From the NCBI GenBank assembly GCA_964590645.1, contig CAZPYJ010000018.1, positions 9,753 through 73,752 on the forward strand: 64,000 nt of DNA, written 5' to 3'. The notes beneath the pieces were generated by a model that made no database searches, was not told the origin of the DNA, and was given only the letters and a program-made list of their open reading frames with translations. Shown piece by piece: positions 53,686 through 61,652 of the stretch; positions within the stretch are counted from its first letter, which is position 1, and the number at the start of each line of letters is the position of its first letter. Both the position numbers and the translations under genes were made by a program. Source of the DNA: an uncultured Lentimicrobiaceae bacterium. GTDB lineage: Bacteria; Bacteroidota; Bacteroidia; Bacteroidales; JAGNHN01.

Positions 53686-54799
53686 TCTTTCTTCCCTTCC
53701 AGGAAGCTCCCCCCCCTAAGGTCCCCATCCACAAGAATATCAGGAAAACCGGATATAGGAATACCATCCGGGGGAAAGCGCGTAAGGCCTTGCGCTGCCC
53801 TGACCAGCCTGTCCAGGCAACAGCTAGCATCCACTCAGGGATGGCTTTGAGTAAAAGGCAGATTATGGGAACAGCTACACCTGTTTTGCCAAAGCCCAGC
53901 AAGCCTATCGATAGCAGAAAAGCCAGATTCGCCAATACCACAGCCAGCCCGGTCAGCCTGGCTTTCAGGTTGGTTTTGGCGCTTTTGCCGGCCCAGCGCA
54001 GTCGCTGTTTGTACACATCGCCCCATCGCATCAAGCCCGGAGTTTCACACAAGGCTTCCCGGCTTTTGACAAAACGGATGCTCTCCCTACCAAACTGCTT
54101 CCATATTTTTTCCACCAGAAATACATCGTCCCCGGAGGCGAGCTCCTGATGCCAGGGGTCTTTTCCAAGGGCTTCCAGCGAGGGCTTCCGGAGGATCAGG
54201 TTGGCTCCGGTGCTGAGCAGGGGGAAGCCCAGTGCGAGGCTGGATGCTCCGGACAGCATCAGGATCCCATACTCGAGTTGCTGCAAGAAAATGATCTGCC
54301 TTTCCTTTCCGATGATCCGGATGCCGCCCCAGCATAAATGGGTCTGGGTGCTTTCTGTCAGGGCCTCCCGCATCGTCCGGATCCAGCTCGGGGGATGGAA
54401 TACATCGGCATCGGTGAAAAGCAGAAAATCTCCGGAGGAAATGGCCACCCCTTTTTGAAGTGCAGCCTTCTTTCCCCTCTCATCCTTGTTCAGCTGAGTA
54501 ATGTTAACTGCAATCGAAACCTCATTTTCAGTCTCTTTCCTGATGATTTCCAATCCTCCGTCTTCACTATGATCATCTACAAAGATCAGTTCCACCGGGC
54601 CGGTGTTATCCTGTGCCTGCAATCGTTTCCATACCTGGGGTAAGTGTTTCGCTTCATTGCGGAATGGAACGATGACACTGATCAGGGATATATCCCCTTT
54701 TGTTTGCTTCTTTTCAGAAGGCAGTTTCTTCCAGGCACGCAGGAAGGCCCACAGCAGGAGGGCGTACAAAAGAAGCATTACAACAATCAAATAGTGCAT
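53672..54799 (-). CDS. Glycosyltransferase family 2 (membrane-associated)
   Basis: SVIVPFRNEAKHL, ELIFVDDHSEDG, FTDADV. The C-terminal part contains TM helices. Confidence 0.75.
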   Translation of the reverse strand: MHYLIVVMLLLYALLLWAFLRAWKKLPSEKKQTKGDISLISVIVPFRNEAKHLPQVWKRLQAQDNTGPVELIFVDDHSEDGGLEIIRKETENEVSIAVNITQLNKDERGKKAALQKGVAISSGDFLLFTDADVFHPPSWIRTMREALTESTQTHLCWGGIRIIGKERQIIFLQQLEYGILMLSGASSLALGFPLLSTGANLILRKPSLEALGKDPWHQELASGDDVFLVEKIWKQFGRESIRFVKSREALCETPGLMRWGDVYKQRLRWAGKSAKTNLKARLTGLAVVLANLAFLLSIGLLGFGKTGVAVPIICLLLKAIPEWMLAVAWTGWSGQRKALRAFPRMVFLYPVFLIFLWMGTLGGGASWKGRKIRVR

Positions 54800-54837
54800 C
54801 GCATATATTCAGGTTAAGGCATCGCCTGGCTTTTCTT

Positions 54838-54845
54838 TACCTTTG
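54838..54845 (+). promoter_or_regulatory. -7 box (TAccTTTG) for ruvC
   Basis: Exact match, 17 nt before the ATG at 54863. Confidence 0.5.
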
Positions 54846-54862
54846 TGCTGATACTACACATT

Positions 54863-55414
54863 ATGCCCTCCGAACGCATCATCCTTGGCATTGATCCCGG
54901 CACCAATATAATGGGCTATGGCATTATTGCCTGCCAGGGAAGGCGTTACCGGGTGCTGGCCCTGGGTGTGCTTAAGCTGGGCCGGATTGAAGCACAGGGT
55001 GGGAAATTAAAGAAAATATTTGATCGCACGCTGGGCTTGATCGATGAATATCATCCTGACGAACTGGCCATCGAAGCACAGTTTTTCGGAAAGAATGTGC
55101 AGTCGATGCTCAAACTGGGCCGGGCTCAGGGTGTTGCCATTGCCGCGGCACTGCATCGATCGGTTGAATACTATGAGTATTCACCCCGGAAGATCAAGCA
55201 GAGCATTACGGGCAAAGGCAGTGCTTCGAAGGAACAGGTTGCCGCAATGTTGGGGCATTTGTTAAAGATGCCGCTGGAGGGCGAGTCACTGGATGCCACA
55301 GATGGATTAGCGGCTGCGGTATGCCACGCAATGCAGGGTTTTGAGCATAGCGAGCAGAAGCACGGGAACTGGGAAAGCTATCTGAAGGCCCATCCGGGCA
55401 GAATCAAAGGCTGA
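54863..55414 (+). CDS. ruvC: Crossover junction endodeoxyribonuclease RuvC
   Basis: IILGIDPGTNIMGYGII, ELAIEAQFFGKN and DATDGLAAAVCH. The ATG at 54863 is 17 nt after a -7 box. Confidence 0.9.
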   Translation: MPSERIILGIDPGTNIMGYGIIACQGRRYRVLALGVLKLGRIEAQGGKLKKIFDRTLGLIDEYHPDELAIEAQFFGKNVQSMLKLGRAQGVAIAAALHRSVEYYEYSPRKIKQSITGKGSASKEQVAAMLGHLLKMPLEGESLDATDGLAAAVCHAMQGFEHSEQKHGNWESYLKAHPGRIKG

Positions 55415-55805
55415 GGTAAGCCTCGCGGATTTCGGAAGCAATCTTTTCAAACTCTTCCGCGCTGAAGCTCAGTTTTGGCTTGCTGAAGTCAATATCATAG
55501 ATCCCATTGATCGGGACAAGGTGAATATGTGCGTGGGGGACTTCCAGTCCGATCACAGCCATTCCTATTCTTTTGGCCTCGCTCATCTTATCCAGGGCCA
55601 AAGCCAGCTTACGGGTGAACTCGAGCAGTTCATCATAGATCTGGGGTTCAAGATGATAAAGCACATCCACCTCCTTTTTGGGAATGGCAAGCAGATGACC
55701 TTTGGCAAGGGGATGAATGTCGAGAAAGGCAAGGCAGTTTTCTGTCTCGGCCACTTTCCAGGCCGGTATTTCTCCCTGGACGATTCGTGTGAAAATGCTG
55801 GCCAT
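55404..55805 (-). CDS. HIT-family (histidine triad) protein
   Basis: CIF-type start MASIFTRIVQGEIPA and the triad HAHIHLVP. Confidence 0.85.
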   Translation of the reverse strand: MASIFTRIVQGEIPAWKVAETENCLAFLDIHPLAKGHLLAIPKKEVDVLYHLEPQIYDELLEFTRKLALALDKMSEAKRIGMAVIGLEVPHAHIHLVPINGIYDIDFSKPKLSFSAEEFEKIASEIREAYLSL

Positions 55806-55817
55806 ATCTGTCTTTTT

Positions 55818-56294
55818 TCAGCTGCGGGTAATATCTACTATTTCAAATTGTACTGTTCCGGCGGGCACCTGAATATCCACCGCATCGCCCACCTTCTTCC
55901 CTAATAGTCCCTGGGCGATGGGGCTATTGATTGAAATCTTTCCGGATTTCAGGTCTGCCTCATTCTCAGGTACCAGGGTATAAGCCATTTCTTTTTTTGT
56001 TTTCATATTTCTGATTTTGACCGTACACAGGATCAAAACCTTGGAGGCATCCAGATTGCTTGCGTCGAGGACGCGGGCATTGCGGATGGCTTCTCCGAGC
56101 TTGGCGATTTTCAGTTCAAGCATTCCCTGTGCTTCTTTGGCTGCATCGTACTCGGCATTTTCCGAGAGGTCTCCTTTTTCCCGGGCTTCGGCAATCTGGC
56201 GTGAGATTTCCGGTCTTCTGACACTGGTAAGATATTCCAGTTCATCTTTCATTTTCTGAAGCCCTTCTTCGGTAACATATCTGCTCTCGCTCAT
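55818..56294 (-). CDS. greA: Transcription elongation factor GreA
   Basis: Trimmed to the ATG at 56294. Contains YVTEEGLQKMKDELEYL, GDLSENAEYDAAKE and ISINSPIAQGLLGKKVGD. Confidence 0.9.
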   Translation of the reverse strand: MSESRYVTEEGLQKMKDELEYLTSVRRPEISRQIAEAREKGDLSENAEYDAAKEAQGMLELKIAKLGEAIRNARVLDASNLDASKVLILCTVKIRNMKTKKEMAYTLVPENEADLKSGKISINSPIAQGLLGKKVGDAVDIQVPAGTVQFEIVDITRS

Positions 56295-56399
56295 AACTTT
56301 GGCTTTATCAGGTCTTGGTATTAAAAAAGCTTGAAGACCCTTATCCAACATAAGGGCCCTCAAGAAAATATTTGTTATTCAGACTATATGGTTCGCAAC

Positions 56400-57458
56400 T
56401 TAGAAGCTGATATGCGCTCCTATGGTATGCGTTCCATCAAAGGGATTGGTTGCTCTGTATGCATAATCCACGCCAAACACTGAACCTGTTTCTTTGTTCA
56501 TCGGAATCTGTATCGTCAGTCCGGCACTGGGTCCGGTATAGACGGAGGTCCGCTCTGCATCATCGAAAAGGCCGTCTTCGTATGTATAACCGGCCCTCAG
56601 CATCAGCACTTCTTTATAGGAATACTCTGCGCCCAGCATAAACTGGTCTTTGGTAAATGAGTTTGACTGGAAGTTTCCGGCAAGGGTCAGGCGGGAGATC
56701 TCATTGAAGTTAAAGTCATAAGCCACTCCGATGGCCAGGGCTGAGGGCAGCTCAAAATCTTCCGATCGTTGCTCCACGGTAAACTGGTTGGCTTGTCCGG
56801 GAATAAACCCACGGAAAGAGAGTCCGTCGCCGTTGAACTGCATCGTAGGCCCGATATTCTTCAGTGTAATCCCGAAAAGGATATTGTCGGTAGGCCCGGT
56901 CACATAATGAATACCGGCATCGATTCCGATTCCCTGAGCACTGATATCGGCGATGGATTCGGAAATGATTTTCACGTTGATACCGCCATAAATGCTGTTG
57001 CTAAAGGCTTTGGCATAGGCCATATTAATATTAAGCAAATTGGGTGTGAATGTACCGATTCCGCCTTCGGGCTGATTTACGGTGGTGATATCAATTTCCC
57101 CAAACTGCATAGACATCACAGCCATAGAGAATGCACCTGCATCGCCCACTTTCTGGCTGAAGCCAAAGGCGTTGATATTTACGTCGGAGCCACTGAGCCA
57201 GTTGGTGTAGGCAAAGTTGAGCTCGGTGGCTTTGGTAAATGCCGTTCCTGCCACATTGGTCCATATCCCTTCCAGGCCACGCACATTGGCCACATTGGCA
57301 TTGGCCCATCCATTTCCACGGACCCAGGGATTGATCAGCAATTCAGAGGCACCAGCCTGTCCTGAGCGGTCCTTATTTCCAGCCTGCAACTGTACCAGAG
57401 GTAAGATCATCAGGCTTGCCAGGGTGAATACGATCAGATATGTTTTAATCTTCTTCAT
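56400..57458 (-). CDS. PorV/PorQ-family outer-membrane beta-barrel protein
   Basis: Signal peptide. The N-terminal segment GQAGASELLINPWVRGNGWANANVANVRGLEGIWTNVAG fits the PorV/PorQ family pattern (aG..eLl..p.aRg.g.g.A....G.e....N.AG). The barrel ends ..TIGAHISF. At ~352 aa it is closer in size to PorQ than to PorV. Confidence 0.55.
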   Translation of the reverse strand: MKKIKTYLIVFTLASLMILPLVQLQAGNKDRSGQAGASELLINPWVRGNGWANANVANVRGLEGIWTNVAGTAFTKATELNFAYTNWLSGSDVNINAFGFSQKVGDAGAFSMAVMSMQFGEIDITTVNQPEGGIGTFTPNLLNINMAYAKAFSNSIYGGINVKIISESIADISAQGIGIDAGIHYVTGPTDNILFGITLKNIGPTMQFNGDGLSFRGFIPGQANQFTVEQRSEDFELPSALAIGVAYDFNFNEISRLTLAGNFQSNSFTKDQFMLGAEYSYKEVLMLRAGYTYEDGLFDDAERTSVYTGPSAGLTIQIPMNKETGSVFGVDYAYRATNPFDGTHTIGAHISF

Positions 57459-57488
57459 TGTTCCTTCTTTTTTTAGATCCACCATTGC

Positions 57489-60400
57489 TTAGAACGAGTT
57501 GAGGTCAACAGGTCTGAGGGTACCAAACCATTTCACTACTTTTTCCCCTACTCCGGGTACATCCACGTGGATAAGATAAATCCCGCCCGCAATGGGTATT
57601 CCGGCCTGGTTCTTCAGATCCCAGTCGAGGAAGGTACTTGCATCGTCTTTGGAAAACTGACGAATGCGTGTTCCGCTGATGTTGTAGATGGTGATGGTAC
57701 AACGCTCGGGCAGGTTTGTAAACTTGACCCGATTATCGAGCTGGTTGGTTTCGTAGTGAGAATAGCCGTAATAAGGATTGGGTACCACATTGATGATGTC
57801 CAGGGCCTCGATGGCGGCGGTGGTATTATTTTTCGAGGTGGCAATATCATCGGTGGTGAAGGTGTACATCGGCCAGTTGTCGTTCTGGGCCGGATCTGCT
57901 CCGTAGGTGGACCAGTTCCTGGCGTAAGGCCTTGCCACCCGGATTTTCACGTGGGCTTCGGTGGAAAGGAATTCCACATCAAAATTATGTACAGGGATAT
58001 TCACCCACATTACGTTGGCATAAACATAACGCCTCTCGAAATCCTGTCCGCCGAGTAATCCCCGTGCCCAGGCTCCGGCATCATAAGCAGGTGCATCGTA
58101 CTCTGGATATCCCGGCTCGATTCCCGATCCGTGTCCCAGGACGTAGGTATAATGCATTCCACCGAAGGGCATATCATAGATGCTGGCAATCACAGGCGAG
58201 GGATTCCAAAGCATATCCCGTCCGTTATACTGCCCGTACCAGGAGTTCTCTCCATAGAATACATTGAGCCTTTCTCCTGTTTCCAGATTGATGGCGTAGC
58301 CCGGGAACCATCCCATTCCTTTGTCGGAAATATAGTTGGGATCTTCCGGATTATCACTGGGGCCGCTGCCTGGCACGGCAGGATTCCCGTCTTTATCAAT
58401 GGATGGCGATTCGCGCAAGGCAAAACGGCGCGCACCTCCCTGAGCCAGGTTGCGGTCGGGCGACATTTCCACCACCGGACAGCGTGTCCATTTCGAGCGA
58501 TCAGGGGTATAGACGATGTCAACGCTATGCAAATTTTGCAGCTTGGCCAGGGTTCTTGAGGGGCCATCCAGGGCCGGACCATAAGGATCATCGCTGTTCT
58601 GGGCACAAAGGGAGTAGGGCCCCCAGGTGCCATTTACCACCTTTTCGTAGTCCTCGTTGGGGTCGAAGGGCGAGCCGGTTTTCCAGTCGTTGTTCGCAGC
58701 ATTGTCCGGATCCTCCAGTACTCCGGCACGGATCCAGTTGAAAGGACCCGGATCGTCGCGGTCGGCGATGCCACCCAACCAGGGTTTGGTGCTGTCGGCA
58801 AAGCTGAGTGATGAGTTAATATACCCATTGTTTCTACCCAGGGTATCTCCCGGGAAGCGAATCTGGTTGATTCCGACAGACAGCCCCAATTCAGGGAACA
58901 GCTGTTCATTCACCCTGCTGATATCGCTTTCACTTTCCCAGGTCTGACCATTGTCGTTGTTGGTCAGAATCCAGGTGGCGGTATTGATGCTTCCTTCCAC
59001 ATTAAAGCGGAGAGTATAGTTGCCGGGTTTTACATTCAGCGGATCGATCACTTTGATGTTGACAGGCCCGAAACCATTTTCGTAAGTAGGATTCTCGATA
59101 ATATAAGGGGGCGCTGTTTTAGCCATCAGCTCATCGATGGATTCCTGGGTAAGGTTCAACTCCAATCCGCCATTTCCTTTTCCTTCGATGCGGGTAATCT
59201 TTGGTCCGTCACCATAGGATGAGTTTAAAACTGTTCCACCGGCTTCCGGTGAGGGAAGATGGGGAATCGCAGTGATCGACTGGATACGGCCTACTGCACT
59301 TTTACGTCCGGCAAGGTAAGGCTTCTTCTGACCGTCAAAATACTGCGGATCATCCTGGATATAGGTCTTATAATTATTGTAGGCGTAAGCAATGGCGATA
59401 TAGTAATACTGCTTATGGTTCACCAGGCGGCGGTCACCTGAAGCAAACTGATCTTCCAGGATGCGGAAGGAGTGGCGAATGCCTTTATCTTCCCCATTGA
59501 CTTCCAATACCGGCACACTGGATTCAAGGGCTTCATTATAGTAGTAGTTGGTCAATCGTGCCACACCATTCTCTATGTCGCACTGGGCAACCAGACGGGA
59601 TACATTGACATCCCCAATCTCTGACACGTCCACATCGCTGTTGGCTACCTGGAAAATCTGATATCCCTCAAAGCGGTAGTAACGATCATACACAATGGTA
59701 TCTGTAACAATCTCCTGGGTATATTGCCCGGTAAGGGTATCATAGATGTAATTGGTTTGTGTTTCGATCGCCGATTCCGGGATATTGGGTTCCAGCTCCT
59801 GGTATGCTTCCAGATAGTTGTTGGAAGTCTTGCGGTTGGAAATATACAGTATGATTTCCCTGTCGAGCTCCTGGGCTACGAGGTCCGGAGCGTCGGGTCC
59901 GTCCACCACTTTAAAGCAGTTGTCAAAAAGAGACTGTGCTTTATCATCAACCAGACGCAGGAGTTCAACAGAGGCAAAGGGGCCTCCGCTGGCGGCGCGT
60001 GCCCAGGGAATACCAACGGTGATATAGTTTACGGCGCCTGGCTCAAGGGTAAAGGGTCCGGCAGACTGCATAAAGCGGCGGTCGTAGGGTTCGTTGCCGG
60101 CCGTTTCTTCTGTCCACACCACACCGCTACCTCCGGCACCGGTAATATAGCCTGCAGGCTGGATGCCTCCGGTACCCCAGTTACAAGGATCCGTATCGGC
60201 CGGGAACATAAAGTCACAGTCGGGACCGGTAGCTCCTGAATTGGGGTGGGCATTCCCACCATAGCGCATTTTGATCCCGTCCTTCCAGATGCCACGGAGC
60301 AGGTTGTAGTACTCAGGAGCATCGCTTGGATCGGTCATAGCCCAATACCCTCCAAGGTTGTTATGATATACAAAGCGGCGCATCCCGAAACGTTCATTGT

Positions 60401-61637
60401 CTACAATGGAGTCACCAAAATTCACCCCATTGATGCTGACATCGCAGAGCGGCTTGCCATCCGGACCGATCCGGGGATTATCAAGGCCGTCCGGATCCAT
60501 ATAGGGACCCTGGAAAAAGTCGACGCCAATAGCCGGAGGCTGCGCACCATAATGGTCATCCTTCCCTGTCCCGTCTATGGCATTGCCATTGTAGCAGTAA
60601 CCCAGTCCGCGCTGAACATCGCATCCCACATAATCATCATAAGCATAGCCTACATCGGTATCCACCCACTGGCTGAAATAGGTTTCAGTAAGGCGGAAGG
60701 TAGAGCGGTTAATGATTTCATAGGAATAGAAAGTCATATTGTTGATCTCATCATTGGTGGCGAAGGCAAAGGCCTGGGCGCGGATCTCCATTCCAATGGG
60801 AGCTCCCTGTGTTTCGCTGTGGATGTTTCCTTTGTCATTGAAAACCCACCACAGGGTCTGGTCGCCTTTGATCACCTGGTCGGCAAGAATACCTCCTTTT
60901 ACAATGCCCAGCATATCTTCCATCGTGGGGGCAGGTGGTTTGAAAAGGTTCTCTTCGTTGCGCGGGCAAAGAGAGTTGTCGAGGTCATAGTAGGGATAGT
61001 CTCCCTGGTAAGGATCATAGTTTCCGTCTCCGTCCTCATCCCAGAAGGGAGCCAGGTAGTAGCTCTGATTTCTCGAAATATCACCGTGGGCAGGCCAATC
61101 AAGGATGGACTTTGGGATAGTATAATCCGGATAACTTTCTTTATCGTTAAACCAGGCGATAAACTGGTCGATCTCGGCCCGGGTAATCACAAAGTGCTTG
61201 TCATACTGCGTGCAGACGTCCGGATCGATGGAAGCCTTTCCATCAATAGTCAGCGGGCCGGGCCAGTAATCGTTTCCATTCCCACGATATCGTTGGGCAG
61301 CCAGCTTCAGCTGTCCGTTCACATCCAGTCCTCCAATCCAGAGTGAGGCCGAAAACATCGAGGTTTTGAGGCTGTTCTTGGGAATGAAGTAGCGGGCCAC
61401 ATCCAGAAGATCCCACCACATATCGCCCCCGGTATTGATACGCGCACGGACGTTGTTGATATTCAAGTCGGTGAAAGCGGACGCAGCAGCACAGCCTGCT
61501 GCTTTGGTAGACCGGTTTGCCTGATTCTTGGCTGTTCCGGGGTTCTTGTAGGCATAAGCCCCTGTAGCCATAGAAATGGCCAGGAAACTTAGCAAGAATA
61601 TCCGAAGCATATTTTTCATAGCTGATATATTTTTCAT
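57489..61637 (-). CDS. Giant secreted protein of unknown function with T9SS-like C-terminal domain
   Basis: 1382 aa with signal peptide (..SMATGAYA). I recognise no catalytic motif. The last ~90 aa read VVPNPYYGYSHYE..CTITIYNISGTRIRQF..WDLKNQAGIPIAGGIYLIHVDVPGVGEKVVKWFG, which is a Por-secretion-tail-like pattern. Confidence 0.6.
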   Translation of the reverse strand: MKNISAMKNMLRIFLLSFLAISMATGAYAYKNPGTAKNQANRSTKAAGCAAASAFTDLNINNVRARINTGGDMWWDLLDVARYFIPKNSLKTSMFSASLWIGGLDVNGQLKLAAQRYRGNGNDYWPGPLTIDGKASIDPDVCTQYDKHFVITRAEIDQFIAWFNDKESYPDYTIPKSILDWPAHGDISRNQSYYLAPFWDEDGDGNYDPYQGDYPYYDLDNSLCPRNEENLFKPPAPTMEDMLGIVKGGILADQVIKGDQTLWWVFNDKGNIHSETQGAPIGMEIRAQAFAFATNDEINNMTFYSYEIINRSTFRLTETYFSQWVDTDVGYAYDDYVGCDVQRGLGYCYNGNAIDGTGKDDHYGAQPPAIGVDFFQGPYMDPDGLDNPRIGPDGKPLCDVSINGVNFGDSIVDNERFGMRRFVYHNNLGGYWAMTDPSDAPEYYNLLRGIWKDGIKMRYGGNAHPNSGATGPDCDFMFPADTDPCNWGTGGIQPAGYITGAGGSGVVWTEETAGNEPYDRRFMQSAGPFTLEPGAVNYITVGIPWARAASGGPFASVELLRLVDDKAQSLFDNCFKVVDGPDAPDLVAQELDREIILYISNRKTSNNYLEAYQELEPNIPESAIETQTNYIYDTLTGQYTQEIVTDTIVYDRYYRFEGYQIFQVANSDVDVSEIGDVNVSRLVAQCDIENGVARLTNYYYNEALESSVPVLEVNGEDKGIRHSFRILEDQFASGDRRLVNHKQYYYIAIAYAYNNYKTYIQDDPQYFDGQKKPYLAGRKSAVGRIQSITAIPHLPSPEAGGTVLNSSYGDGPKITRIEGKGNGGLELNLTQESIDELMAKTAPPYIIENPTYENGFGPVNIKVIDPLNVKPGNYTLRFNVEGSINTATWILTNNDNGQTWESESDISRVNEQLFPELGLSVGINQIRFPGDTLGRNNGYINSSLSFADSTKPWLGGIADRDDPGPFNWIRAGVLEDPDNAANNDWKTGSPFDPNEDYEKVVNGTWGPYSLCAQNSDDPYGPALDGPSRTLAKLQNLHSVDIVYTPDRSKWTRCPVVEMSPDRNLAQGGARRFALRESPSIDKDGNPAVPGSGPSDNPEDPNYISDKGMGWFPGYAINLETGERLNVFYGENSWYGQYNGRDMLWNPSPVIASIYDMPFGGMHYTYVLGHGSGIEPGYPEYDAPAYDAGAWARGLLGGQDFERRYVYANVMWVNIPVHNFDVEFLSTEAHVKIRVARPYARNWSTYGADPAQNDNWPMYTFTTDDIATSKNNTTAAIEALDIINVVPNPYYGYSHYETNQLDNRVKFTNLPERCTITIYNISGTRIRQFSKDDASTFLDWDLKNQAGIPIAGGIYLIHVDVPGVGEKVVKWFGTLRPVDLNSF

Positions 61638-61652
61638 TGCAGATTAATCTCT

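Noticed and set aside
57489-61637. The 1382-aa protein as PorU, the T9SS C-terminal signal peptidase, since porU-porV adjacency is classical.
   Set aside because: There is no gingipain/C25-like His...Cys dyad. The only GHG (GHGSG) has no Cys for about 140 residues downstream. The upstream TonB-dependent-type gene is also not part of the porU-porV context. This still needs an HMM check.
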